Shown in pieces: positions 1 to 11,750 of a DNA stretch of 64,000 bases; the first letter of the stretch is position 1; each line of letters opens with the position of its first letter. Below the pieces are notes generated by a model. That model was not told the DNA's origin. It was given only the letters and a program-made list of their open reading frames with translations, and searched no databases. The translations under genes were made by a program, and so were the position numbers. The DNA is from Torpedo marmorata (lineage: Eukaryota): positions 40,610,001-40,674,000 of the forward strand of contig OZ360221.1 in assembly GCA_977017645.1 (NCBI GenBank). Direction: 5' to 3'.

Positions 1-520
1 CCTGACTCCTTGTGAGGGTTCACCCTCTTGAATGATGTTCTGACGTTGCCCTCAGAGACAGATATCACAGGGTCCTCAGCCTTTTCGGGGATTCTATTAG
101 GCACTGTTTGGTTCTTCTTCTCAAAGCGGGCATAGAAGGTGTTCAGCTCCTCGCGTAGTGAAGCATCACAGCCGTCTATAGTGTTCGCCCTCGCTTTGTA
201 GGCTGTAATGGCCTGCACTCCCTGCCATAGCTGGCGTGTATCTGTCTCTGTCTCTAGCTTCCTCCGGAATTGCCACTTAGCTTCAGAGATGGCCTTCCGC
301 AGGTCGTGCCTGGACTTTTTGTAAAGATCCCGGTCCCCGGCCTTAAACGCCCTTGTTCTCGTCCTCAACAGGTTGCGAATTCTCTGATTCATCCAGGGCT
401 TCTGGTTGGGGAACACCCGGTATTTGTGTGTGGGCACGCACTCATCCACGCAGGTCTTGATGAAGTCGGTGACACCTGTTGCATATTCATTTAGGTCTAT
501 GGCTGAGTGCTTGAATATTT
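1..520 (-). mobile_element. Rex1/Babar-type LINE fragment (EN-RT linker)
   Basis: Minus strand reads ...VSEGNVRTSFKRVNPHKESG, the segment just before the RT domain in Rex1-type ORFs; cut by the window edge. Confidence 0.65.
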
Positions 521-534
521 TTCTACGTCCCATC

Positions 535-700
535 CTATTTTTAAAACATCTAAACCCCGGTACCTGCATCAGCCAATCTTGCCCTTCCTCCAGCCAAGTT
601 TCAGTAATGTCCACAACATCGTAGTTCAACGTACTGATCTATGCTCTAAGTTCATTTATTCCTAATACTCCTAGCATTGAAATAGACACATTTCAACCCC
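535..700 (-). mobile_element. CR1 LINE endonuclease fragment
   Basis: Reverse complement closely matches the CR1 EN start at 13826-13995 (CVYFNARSI...ETWLEEGQDW). Confidence 0.75.
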
Positions 701-799
701 TCTTACTGGCTACCTTTATGTTTTGTCCCCTGCCTGTCCTTCCTCACAAGCTCAGAACACCTAGCATCATGCTTTTGTCCTTCTACCCTAATTTCTGCA

Positions 800-1260
800 A
801 ATTGTTGCCCGTACTTCAGGAACTGAGTTACAGGGAAAGGTTAAAGAGGTTAGGACTTTATTCCCTGGAGTGTAGAAGAATGAGGGGAGATTTGATAGAG
901 GTAATTAAAATTATGAGGGGGATAGACAGAGTAAATGTAGATAGGTTTTTTCCACTGAGGGTAGGTGAGATACAAACCAGAGGACATGGGTTAAGGGTGA
1001 AAGGGAAATAGTTTAGGGGGATCGTGAGGAGGAACTTCTTCACACAGAGAGTGGTGGGAGTGTGGAATGAGCTGCCAGCTGAGGTGGTGAATGCGGGCTC
1101 AATTTTAACATGTAAGAAGAATTTGGACAGGTACATGGATGGGAGAGGTATGGAGGGCTATGGACTGGGTGCAGGTCAGTGGGACTAGGCAAAAAAAAAT
1201 GGTTCGGCACAGACTAGAAGGGTTGAAGGGGCCTGTTTCTGTGCTGTAGTGTTCTATGGT
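800..1260 (+). mobile_element. CR1 LINE 3' end
   Basis: LSYRERLKRLGLYSLE..RMRGDLIEV..TRGH ORF2 C-terminus plus 3' UTR ending in gttctatggtt. Confidence 0.85.
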
Positions 1261-1269
1261 TGCTAAGCT

Positions 1270-1470
1270 TTCATAGTCTTCTAAGAAAGTAGAGGCATTG
1301 GTGCCTTATCTTGACTACCGTGTCAATATGTTGTGCCTGGTCGGGTCATTTGAGGTATTTATTCCGAAGGACTTGAAGCTATCTTGTCTTTCAACTCTAT
1401 CGTCATTAATGTCAACAGGGGTGTGGACTTTGCCCCCTCTCCTGAAGTCAATGACCATCTCCTATGTTTT
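1270..1470 (-). mobile_element. Degraded Rex1-type RT fragment
   Basis: Similar to the other Rex1 copies (cctgaagtcaatgaccatctcc; KT.EMVIDFRR region). Confidence 0.55.
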
Positions 1471-2331
1471 GCCACTAGACTTTCAATCTCTTTTCAGGAA
1501 GTCAAGGGTTTCTCAGTGCTTTGTTATCCTACGTTTCTGCTTTTAAGTCGCAAGAGAAGAATTTGAACCCATAATATTGATTCAGAAGCAATCTATCAAA
1601 CCAGAGTTGACACAGTTAGATACACCGAAAGAAGGAAGAGGATTAACACGGTGTTCTAAGATTCAGAGCAAGAGGCATTGTTATTTATAATCTAATGATT
1701 ATACCTCAAAAGTGGTCAAGCAGACCTGGAAGTCCCAAGTTCAGCTGGTGCTGTGGGATATTATAAAAATGTCCATGTTTACGTGAAATACCAGATATGC
1801 CTGTAGGTGGCACTATGATAGGGGTTTTCGATGGTCACCTTAGCAGAATGACAATGATGAGACCATAATGCCTTTCCTCAAGCTCAAACTTGAAAATGCC
1901 TTGTCACTGAAGATGTCCTACCAGAATGAGTGACATCTTTCATTTTAGAGAAAAAGGACCAGATCCCTTCAAGTATGAAAAATTGGAACAGGATCGGTGT
2001 TTAAATAAAAGATGATCCAAATCTCTTCTGAAAAAAATATTGTTGCCTCTTTGCTGTGAAAAGGTCAGGTTCTCATTGAATCTGAGTTTAGCCCTGCTAA
2101 CGAACACTGCTAATCCTGCCAACTTAAACAACAAACATTTTCCTACCGCCACATCCTCTTGCCAGGTCCCACACTGAGGACCTCTTCCAACTCACCCCAT
2201 TCGTTTATTTTGACATCACCCCTGCCTCACACCTCAATTGAAGGACTTTTCCCAGCGGAGTGCCTTGTCACTGCCCACAGGTGAGAGTGAGGGTGGAGGA
2301 ACTGATGAAGGGTCTTGGACCTGAAGAGATA

Positions 2332-3275
2332 CTGTATTTGAAGGCATATAGGACCCACTGGCATATAGGACCCCCCCCCCCCATTTTTAACGTGAGATTT
2401 CAGGAAAAATTTGTTTTAATGTATTTACCTTCACAGCAGCAACACGTCCTCCTGCCCGCCGCAAGCCGAGGCTCAGGCTGCATCCCCCCCACCGTCCAAA
2501 CGCTAGTTGATTGGCAGGTGTGCCGGGACCTGCGGGCACGTGAGGGTGGGAGGGAGAGAAGCCAGGACAATGGGCAGGGCCCAGGCCCACCGTTGCTGGA
2601 AGCAGACAATCTTGCTTTGAGGGGAGCGCTGGGCCTCGGTGATCAGACTCCACATTTGGCCTTTGTTCGACGCGCACGGCCCCCGAACAGATTGAATGAG
2701 GCGCGGGGGCGGGTGGCAGTGAGCGAGTGGGCGGCCTGTTGAGCTGAGCTTGACAGGCCGCTCGCTCACTGCTAGCTGCCTCCGCTCCTCGTTCAATTTT
2801 CTCAAGAGTCCGTGCTCGTCGAACAAAGGCTGATCATCGAGGCCCAGCGCTCCCCTCAAAGCACTGTTGGTGAGAGCGAACGGGCGGGGAGTGAGCAGGT
2901 GGGGAGAGCGAGCGGGCGGGGAGAGCAAACGGGCGGGGAGAGTGAGCGGGCAGGGAGAGCGAGCGGGCGGGGAGAGCGAGCGGGCGGGGAGAGCGAACGG
3001 GAGGGAGAGAGCGGGCTAGTGAGCGGGAAGGAGGGAAAGAGCGAACCTTCTTACTGGGGGAAGTGAGCAGCGGCGGCGACTCCAGAAAGCACAGGCCACC
3101 CAAGGGAAGGTGGTCTGCGAAGCTGCGGGCCCGCATCCTGGACTCCACTCGGTGCCCAAAATGGCGGCACCAAAATGGCGGCACCAAAATGTCACCTTCG
3201 CGTATAAGACCCGGGGTGGTTTTTGAGGTGATTTTTTGGGAAAAAAAGGGGGGTCTTATATGCCGCCAAATACGG
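2332..3275. mobile_element. Non-autonomous TcMar (Tc2/pogo-like) DNA transposon with GC-rich interior
   Basis: Imperfect TIRs CTGTATTTGAAGGCATATAGGACC / GGTCTTATATGCCGCCAAATACGG; TA on both sides (2330-31, 3276-77); splits a Penelope-type tail (2302-2329 / 3278-3340). Confidence 0.75.
2872..3030. repeat. Degenerate ~17-bp G-rich minisatellite (GAGAGCGAGCGGGCGGG)
   Basis: About 8-9 imperfect tandem units visible. Confidence 0.85.
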
Positions 3276-3344
3276 TAATGGTTTCTCCTTCCATAGATGC
3301 TGCCTGACCTGCTGAGAGTTTCCAGCATTTTCTGATTTTGTTCT

Positions 3345-3576
3345 TGATGAGCCCATCAATAACTCCAAAAGACTAGAAGTTACACAAGAACTGAAAGGCT
3401 TTTATTAGCAAAAGAATGGAGCAAATTCATGCTGGTGATCTGTCCCGGACTGGGGGAGGAGCCGTGGCACAATGGCCTTTATTCAGGGGGTTTGTGGGAG
3501 GAGCCACCGGGACAGTCAGCAGGGCATGTCCAGACTTATCGCCCAGCCCACAATCCATATACAGTGGTTTACCACA
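3345..3576 (-). repeat. 3' LTR of Gypsy element 1
   Basis: 232-bp direct repeat of 7546-7779, about 8 differences by eye. Confidence 0.95.
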
Positions 3577-3643
3577 TTCACCCCTCCTTTTTAAAAGAGT
3601 CCAGCGGGGTGAAGTGTATAATAACATTTACAAGAGATTAACA

Positions 3644-6600
3644 TTACAGATCAAGTCGATCAGGCGGTCGAGTTTGCCGTTGTGATCGGTGCAGTACTTG
3701 TGGTGATGGGGCAGGTGCCGGAGCTACCTCCTGCCTGATCTGGGGTACTGGCACGTCTTGTGATCGCGAAAATGCTGGTGCGTGTGGTGTCGTGCTGGAA
3801 TTGAGTGGTGCCTCAATGGTAGGCAAGGGGGTAACCGTAACAAGGGGGTGTTCGAGGGCAGATTCCAGTGCTCCTGCGGGTGCCAGGTCCCGGATGGAGA
3901 CCGTGTCTTCCCGCCCACCAGGAAAACCCACGTAGGCGTACTGGGGGTTTGCATGTAATAATTGGACCCTCTCGACCATTGGGGCGTATTTATTGCTCCT
4001 GACATGTTTGCAGAGCAGCACTGGCCCTGGGGACGTCAGCCATGCTGGTAGGGTAGTCCCGGTGGTCGACTTCCTGGGGAAGGAAAAGAGTCTCTCATGA
4101 GGTGTAGCATTGGTGGATGTACATAGCAGGGATCGGATAGAGTGGAGTGCCTCGGGAAGGACTTCTTGCCAGCGGGAGACTGATAATCCCTTAGACCTGA
4201 GGGCTAAGAGTGTGGCCTTCCAGACCGTGGCGTTCTCCCTTTCTACTTGTCCATTACCCCGTGGATTATAGCTCGTGGTCCTGCTAGTGGCGATACCCTT
4301 GGCCAGCAGATATTGTCGCAGCTCGACACTCATAAATGAGGACCCCCGGTCGCTATGGATATAGCAGGGGTATCCAAACAACGTGAAGAGTTTGCGGAAG
4401 GCCTTTATGACTGAGGTGGTCGAGGTATCGGGGCAGGAAATGGCGAAAGGGAACCGCGAGTACTCATCAATAACGTTGAGGAAGTACACATTGCAGTCGG
4501 TGGAGGGAAGGGGGCCCTTAAAGTCGACGCTCAGTCGCTCAAATGGGCGGGTTGCTTTTATTAACTGTGCCCTGTCAGGACGGTAGAAGTGCGGTTTGCA
4601 CTCTGCGCAGACTTGGCAGCTGCTGGTCATCGTCCTGACCTCTTCCAGGGAGTACGGTAGATTACGGGCTTTCACAAAGTGAAAAAGCCTGGTGACTTCG
4701 GGGTGGTAGAGGTCACAGTGGAGGGCATATAACCGGTCGATCTGTGCGCTAGCACACGTCCCCCGGGATAGAGCGTCGGAGGGCTCATTGAGCTTCCCGG
4801 GCCGGTACATTATATCATAGTTATAGGTGGAGTGTTCGATTCTCCACCTCAGGATTTTATCATTTTTGATTTTACCCCGCTGTTGGCTGCTGAACATGAA
4901 TGTGACTGAGCGTTGGTCAGTCAGCAGGGTAAACCTTTTTCCGGCGAGATAGTGCCTCCAGTGCCTGATAGCTTCCACTATGGCTTGGGCCTCTTTCTCC
5001 ACCGCTGAGTGCCGAATTTCTGGGCCTTGAAGGGTACGGGAGAAGAACGCCACCGGTCTTCCCGCCTGGTTGAGGGTAGCAGCCAGTGCGAAGTCGGACG
5101 CGTCACTCTCTACTTGAAAGGGAGTGGACTCGTCCACCGCGTGCATTGCTGCTCCAGCAATGTCCCCTTTTATGAGGCTGAAAGCCTCACGTGCCTCCGT
5201 TGTAAGGGGAAAAGTGGTGGACTTGACAAGGGGGCGGGCCTTGTCTGCATAATTAGGGACCCATTGAGCATAGTACGAATAGAAGCCCAAGCACCTTTTG
5301 AGGGCTTTGAGGGTGTGGGGAAGCGGTAGTTCCAACAGGGGGCGCATGCGGTCGGGGTCGGGGCCGATGACCCCGTTCTCCACAACACACCCCAGGATAG
5401 CGAGTCGGGTGGTTCCGAACACGCACTTGTCCTTGTTATAAGTTAGATTAAGCGCTTTGGCCGCCTGGAGGAACCTCCGAAGGTTGTTGTCGTGGTCCTG
5501 GCGGTCGTGACCGCAGATGGTGATATTATCTAAGTACGGGAAAGTGGCCTTTAAATTGCATTAGTCCACCATCCTGTCCATCTCCCTCTGGAAGACGGAC
5601 ACCCCATTTGTGACCCCAAAGGGGACGCGCAGGAAATGGTAGAGCCTGCCGTCCGCCTCGAAGGCTGTGTAAGTGCGGTCCTCCCGGCAAATGGGGAGCT
5701 GGTGGTAGGCAGATTTGAGGTCTATGGTGGAGAAAAGCTTATATTGAGCTATCTGATTTACCATATCTGCAATGCGTGGTAGGGTGTACGCGTCAAGCTG
5801 CGTGAACCTATTGATGGTCTGACTGTAATCTACCACCATCCTGTTTTTGTCCCCGTTCTTGACGACAACCACCTGGGCCCTCCAGGGACTTGTGCTCGCC
5901 TTGATGATCCCTTCCCCAAGTAACCGCTGCACTTCTGACTTAATGAATGCCCTGTCCCCTGCGCTATATCTCCTGCTTTTGGTTGCCACAAGTTTACAAT
6001 CAGGGGTCAGGTTGGCGAATAGCGATGGGGGCGGGATCCTGATGGTGGATAGACCGCAAGTAGTGTGGGGTGTGTTTTTAAGGAATTGGTGATTGCTGAC
6101 AGTAATCGGTGGGAGGGGCCCATCATACTCCATAGTCACACTTTGGAGGTGACTCTGGAAGTCGAGCCTTAGTAGTACAGGTGCACACAGTCGGGGCATG
6201 ACCAATAGCGTGAAGTCCCGGTATTCCGTGCCCTGTACCACTATCGTCGCTACACAATCCCCCCGGATGTCTGTTGTGTGCGACCCGGAAGCCATGGCAA
6301 CCCTCTGGCTTACCGACTGTGTCGTGAGACCACATCGCTGTACCGTGTCCGGGTGGATGAAGCTCTCTGTGCTGCCTGTGTCGAACAGGCAGTTTGTCCT
6401 GTGTCCATCGACCAGAATGTCCATCATTGACCTCGCTAGTTGATGGGGTGCACTCTGGTCGAGTGTGACTGACGCCAACGTTGGGTCGCTGTCGTGCTCC
6501 GACGTCGCGATGGGGTGCCAGTTGTTCCGGGGTGGCGGCACCCATGGGTTGCTGTCTTGATCCGACGTTGCGATGGGGTGCCTGCTGTCCTGGGATAGCG

Positions 6601-7545
6601 GCACCCTATGTCGGCTCGCTCGTGTGGAATAAAATGGCCGCTCCCATGACTCGCACGTGTTGGCGGCGGGTAGGTAAGATGGCGGCGCCGGAAGTGACAA
6701 AACCCAAGATGGCTGCCCCCATACCTCGCACGTGTTGGCCGCGGTGGCGGGTAGGTAAGATGGCGGCACCGGAAGTGACGGCACACAAGATGGCCACCCC
6801 CGAGTCTCGCACGCGGCGCTGCTCGAACCCGCTCGCGGCTTTGATCAGCAGACCTTAGCGAAGTGGCCTTTCTTCCCGCAGATGGAGCAGGTCGCTTCTC
6901 GGGTCGGGCAACGTTTTCGGGGGTGCTTCTCAAGCCCGCAGAAATAGCATTTCTCGGGCTCGCGGCTGATCGCGGCAGTGGTTGATTCACTAGCATGGTG
7001 GGGGGTCGGCATCCACGGAGCCTGCTGGAGATCGCGCGCTTGGATAGCATCCGAGTTCTGTAGCGCGGCCTCCAGCGTGTCGGCCAGTTCGACGGCGGAA
7101 CGGAAGGTGAGGTCAGCTTGTTCCAGCAGCCGCTGGCGCACATACACTGACCTGGTCCCTGTGACAAAAGCGTCTCTCCCTAGGAGCTCTGCGTGCTGTT
7201 CAGCCGTCAGTGCCCGGCAGTCGCACGCCCGCACGAGTGTTTGTATGGCCCGTACGAACTCCGCGTTCGACTCCCCGGGCCGCTGCTGCCGCATCGCTAG
7301 CCTGTGCCTTGAGTATACGGTATTCACAGGCCGTATGTACTGTCTTTTGAGGGTATTCATCGTGTCCTCATAAGTCTGCAGATCGCGGATCATCGAGTAA
7401 ACTCGTGGGCTTACCCTGGAGAGGAGGACCTTACGTTTTTCGGCGTCTTCTTGCACCTTGATCTCCCCCAGGAACGATTCAAAACAGACTAGCCAGAGTT
7501 CGAAGGCATTGCCAGCGTCCGGTGTTTGTGGGTCGATGTCCAGTT
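3644..7545 (-). pseudogene. gag-pol polyprotein, single frame with two nonsense codons
   Basis: ORFs 6845-7456, 5561-6784 and 3644-5422 are in one frame; two CCHC knuckles, FDTG protease, RT, RNase H (DAS..EKE), HHCC and DDE integrase; stops at 6845-47 and 5561-63; start missing. Confidence 0.93.
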
Positions 7546-7779
7546 TGTTGAGCCCATCAATAACTCCAAAAGACTAGAAGTTACACAAGAACTGAAAGGC
7601 TTTTATTAGCAAAAGAATGGAGCTACATTCGTGCTGGTGATCTGTCCCGGACTGGGGGAGGAGCCATGGTACAATGGCCTTTATTCAAGGGGGTTTGTGG
7701 GAGGAGCCACCGGGACAGTCAGCAGGGCATGTCCAGACTTATCGCCCAGCCCACAATCCATATACAGTGGTTCACCACA
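7546..7779 (-). repeat. 5' LTR of Gypsy element 1
   Basis: Direct repeat of 3345-3576, followed by TSD GTTCT. Confidence 0.95.
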
Positions 7780-8099
7780 GTTCTGATACAATTGTGGTAA
7801 GAAATATTTTCTCTTGTACTTAATTCCTCTTATGGGGAAAGACAAACAGATCATTTGATTTCCTAAATGCCTGCTGTAACTGAATGTTACCTTTCTGGAC
7901 TTGAGTACAAGAACATCTAGGTCCCTTGAAACATCAACAATTCCAATGTCTCACCATTTAAAAAATATACAATATTTCTGGTTCCCTATCACAGTGGATG
8001 ACTTCCTATTTTTTCACATGTTGTTGCAGCTGCCACCATTTTGCCCTTTCACTTAGCATCTCCATGTCCCAGCGACCCACTGAATTGCTACAGTAATTT

Positions 8100-10085
8100 G
8101 TTTCTACAGGTGTACCGTGGAGAGCATTCTGGCTGGTTGCATCACTGCCTGGTATGGAGGCACCAACTCTCAGGACAAGAATAAACTCCAGAGGGTTGTT
8201 AACTCGGCCTGTGACATCACAGGCACCAAACTTCACTCCATCAAGGACATCTACATGAGGCAGTGTCTTAAAAAAGCAGCCTCTGTCCTCAAAGACCCCC
8301 CACCACCCAGGCTATGCCCTCTTCACTCTGCTACCATCGGAAAAAAGATTCAGATTCAGATTTCAGATTTCAGATTTATTGTCAGAGTACATACATGACG
8401 TCACAAGCAAACCCTGAGATTCTTTTTTCCTGCAAGCGCAGCAGAATTACCACTAATTGGTAGTGCAAAAAGTAAATTGTACACAGTGTAAACATGTAAA
8501 CAATAAAAAGAACTACTAACAGGTAACGAATGAAACTGAAAATGAAACTGACTGTGCAACACAGAGACAGCAAAGAAAAATCAATAAAGTGCACGAGTAA
8601 GAGTCCTTAAATGAGTCTCTGATTTGACTTTGTCATTGACGAGTCTGATGGTGGAGGGGTAGCAGCTGTTCATAAACCTGGTGGTGCGAGTCTTGTGGCA
8701 CTTATACCTCTCTCCTGATGGCAGCAGCGAGAACAGAGCGTGTGCTGGGTGGTGTGGGTCTTTGATGATTGCTGCTGCCCTCCGACGGCAGCGTTCCCTG
8801 TAGATGTACTCAATAGTGGGGAGGATTTTGTCGGAAATGTCCTGGGCTGTGTCCACTACCTTTTGGAGGGCTTTACACTCAGGGGTATTGGTGTTCCTAT
8901 AACAGACTGTGATGCAACTGGTCAGCACACTTTCCACCACACATCTGCAGAAATTTGCCAGGGTTTCTGGTGACATACCAAACCTCTGCAAGCTCCTGAG
9001 GAAATAGAGGCACTGACGTGCTTTCTTCACGATGCCATTGGTGTGTTGGGTCCAGGAAAGATCCTCCGAGATAGTGACTCCCAAGAGCCTACATTTTCTC
9101 ACCCTCTCCACCTCTGATCCCCCAATGATCACTGGATTGTATACCTCTGGCTTTCCTTTCCTGAATTCAACAATCAGCTCCTCAGTTTTGGTGACATTGA
9201 GTGCAATGTTGTTGTTGGTGCACCATTCAGCCAGGTTTTCAATCTCCATCCTGTATGCTGACTCATCCCCTTCCTTTATACAACCTACTACCGTGGTATC
9301 GTCGGCAAATTTGTAGATGGTGTTTTTGTCATACCGAGCTACACAGTCGTAGGTGTAAAGTGAGTAGAGCAGGGGGCTAAGAACACAGCCCTGTGGTGCT
9401 CCGGTACTGATGGAGATTGTGGAGGAGAAGTTCTTTTCAATCTTCACTGATTGTGGTCTGGAGGTGAGGAAATCCATGATCCAATTACACAGTGGGGTGT
9501 TAACTCCCAGGTCTTGGAGTTTGCTGATCAGCTTTGAGGGGATGATGGTGTTAAATGCCGAACTGTAGTCGATAAAGAGCATCCTGATGTATGCATCTTT
9601 GCTGTCCAGGTGTTCCAGGGCTTTGTGTAGGGCCAGTGAGATGGCATCCGCCGTAGACCTGTTGCCGCGATAGGCGAACTGGGTGGATCCATGTCACCGC
9701 TCAGACAGGAGCTGATATGCTTCAACACCAGCCTTTCAAAACACTTCATCACTGTTGATGTAAGTGCTACTGGTCGATAGTTGTTAAGGCAGGTGGGTAC
9801 CACGCTCTACTGGAGTGAGATATTGAAGATATCCGTGAATAAGGTACAGGAGCCTAAAGTCAAGCACTCAACGGCACAAGGACAGCTTCTTCCCCGCTGC
9901 CATCAGATTCCTGAATAATCAATGAACCAAAGACACTGGTTTACTTTTCGTGCACTATTATTTATATATTTTTTTATAGTAATGTCGTAAGATGGTTATA
10001 ATATGAATGTTTGCACTATGATGCTGCCGCAAAATACCGAATTTCATGACTTGTTCATGACAATAAATTCTGATTCTGATTCTTT
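8100..10085 (+). mobile_element. Rex1-type LINE 3' fragment, split by an insertion (8100-8346 + 9841-10085)
   Basis: [13 protein letters not shown]...; sequence resumes at 9841 (aaggtacaggagcc); AATAAA plus (TTCTGA)n tail. Confidence 0.85.
8347..9840 (-). mobile_element. 5'-truncated Rex1-type LINE
   Basis: ORF 8581-9582 with [23 protein letters not shown]; (AAATCTG)n tail at 8347-8378. Confidence 0.92.
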
Positions 10086-10329
10086 GCATCCTCACGCAAT
10101 CCCACTGAGTTCATTTCATCAGCAAGCTTATTCCAAGTTAGCTGATTGTTGATGTAGATGGTAAAATTTGGGTCCAAGCCACCAATTCCTCCTGTTCCGC
10201 ACCAGATGCTACCTGCCAACCTGAAGGACTTGTTTATTCCTGCTCTTTGTTTTCCATTTGACAAATAACTCAACCCCTACTATTAAACTACAATTCGCCT
10301 ACCGTAGCAACAGGTCTATGGCGGTAGGT

Positions 10330-10690
10330 CATCAAGGATCCACATCACCCAGAACATGCTCTGTTCTTGCTACGACCATCAGGAAAGAGGTATAGATGCC
10401 ACAAGACTCGCACCACCAGGTTCAGGAACAGCGGCTAACCGTCCAACATCGGTCTCCTCAATAACAAACTCCATCAGGGACTCATTTAAGGACTCATACT
10501 TTTGCACTTTATTGATATTTTTCTCTCTGTATTGCTATGTTTACATTTCTTTATTTGTTTACATGTGTACATTGAGTACAGTTATTTTGCACTATCAATA
10601 AGTGGTAATTCACCCACAAGAAAAATAATCTCATGATTTTATGTGATGTCTGAGAATAAATGTGAAATCTGAAATAAATCTGAAATCTAA
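10330..10690 (+). mobile_element. Rex1-type LINE 3' tail
   Basis: Matches the 3' end of the 8347-9840 family; ends in aaatctg repeats. Confidence 0.75.
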
Positions 10691-10734
10691 GCCACCACAC
10701 ACTCTAACCATCTTCACCAATTCCGTGTGGGACC

Positions 10735-11750
10735 TTATTTAAGTTTGGACATATGGATTCTACGTACCACCTTAAATTGTAATAAACAATGTCTTGCACA
10801 GAATGAAGAGGCGTTAATCAAGCTAAGAGTATGATACCAGTCCTCGTCTGAAAATGTTATATTCAAATCACATTCCCAATCATTCTTAATCCCCACCATA
10901 GAGGCTGATCTTATATCCAATAAATCGTTATATATGCATGATGTTAATCCATGCTGGAAAAAAAACTGTAAATTAAAAAGTGAATCAAGGAAGTTAGTGT
11001 TTGAGATTTGAGGAAAATCTGATAGCTTTGACTGAACAAAATGTCTAATTTGTAAATATCTAAAAAAATGTCTATTAGTAAGATTAAATTTATCTACCAG
11101 TTGTTCAAAAGAGGCGAAGTTATCTCAAATAAAAAGATCATTATAGCTATGAATTCCCAATCTATACCATTCCTTAAATCCTGCGTCCAGCCTTCATCTG
11201 CAAGAGGCATAGTATTAAATCTCCAATGTCTTTTCATAAACAGAACATCATTAAAATTCAAGGATAAAATAACGGGGGCATGGTCAGATATAACTATTCC
11301 TTGATTTTCACAGGATTTAGTCATAGAAATTAATTGATTATCAATTAAAAAATAATCAATCCTTGTATAGGAATGATGCACATTGGATAGGAAAGAATAT
11401 TCTCCACTGGTAGGGTTTAAAAAACGGCAAACATCTGTGATGCCAAAATTCGATGTAAAGGAATGTATTACTGCTGCGGATTTAGAAAGAGTTGTTAATT
11501 TAGAAGAAGATCAGTCTAAGACTGTATTCAAACAGCAGTTAAAATCACCTCCCAAAATCAATGAATATTGATTTAAATCAGGAAAAACTGAAAACAAAAT
11601 TTCAAAAAATGCTGGTTCGTCAATATTTGGGGCATAAACATTTGCTAATACTACCAATTTATTATACAATTTCCCTATGAGAATAATATAACGGCCTTGT
11701 TTGTCCAATATACTATTATGCAAAACAAATGGAAAGGCACTTTATTAAAA
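10735..11750 (-). mobile_element. L1-clade LINE ORF2 remnant (EN joined to C-terminal region)
   Basis: NVYAPN, GGDFN, YTRIDYF and SDHAP EN motifs, then RHFFRYLQIRHF / CARHCLLQFKV C-terminal motifs. Confidence 0.85.

Larger units (their letters stand above)
3345..7779 (-). mobile_element. Two-LTR Ty3/Gypsy retrotransposon (defective)
   Basis: LTRs 3345-3576 and 7546-7779 (TG..CA); 5-bp TSD GTTCT (3340-44, 7780-84); PPT AAAAAGGAGGGGTGAA (3577-3592, minus); gag-PR-RT-RH-INT order. Confidence 0.96.

Noticed and set aside
1949-2063. Coding exon suggested by acceptor- and donor-like flanks
   Set aside because: Stop codons in all three frames
6123-7373. Overlapping alternative-frame and antisense ORFs (e.g. 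6436-7167, 6481-6858)
   Set aside because: Expected shadows of GC-rich gag-pol with repeats; no recognisable domains
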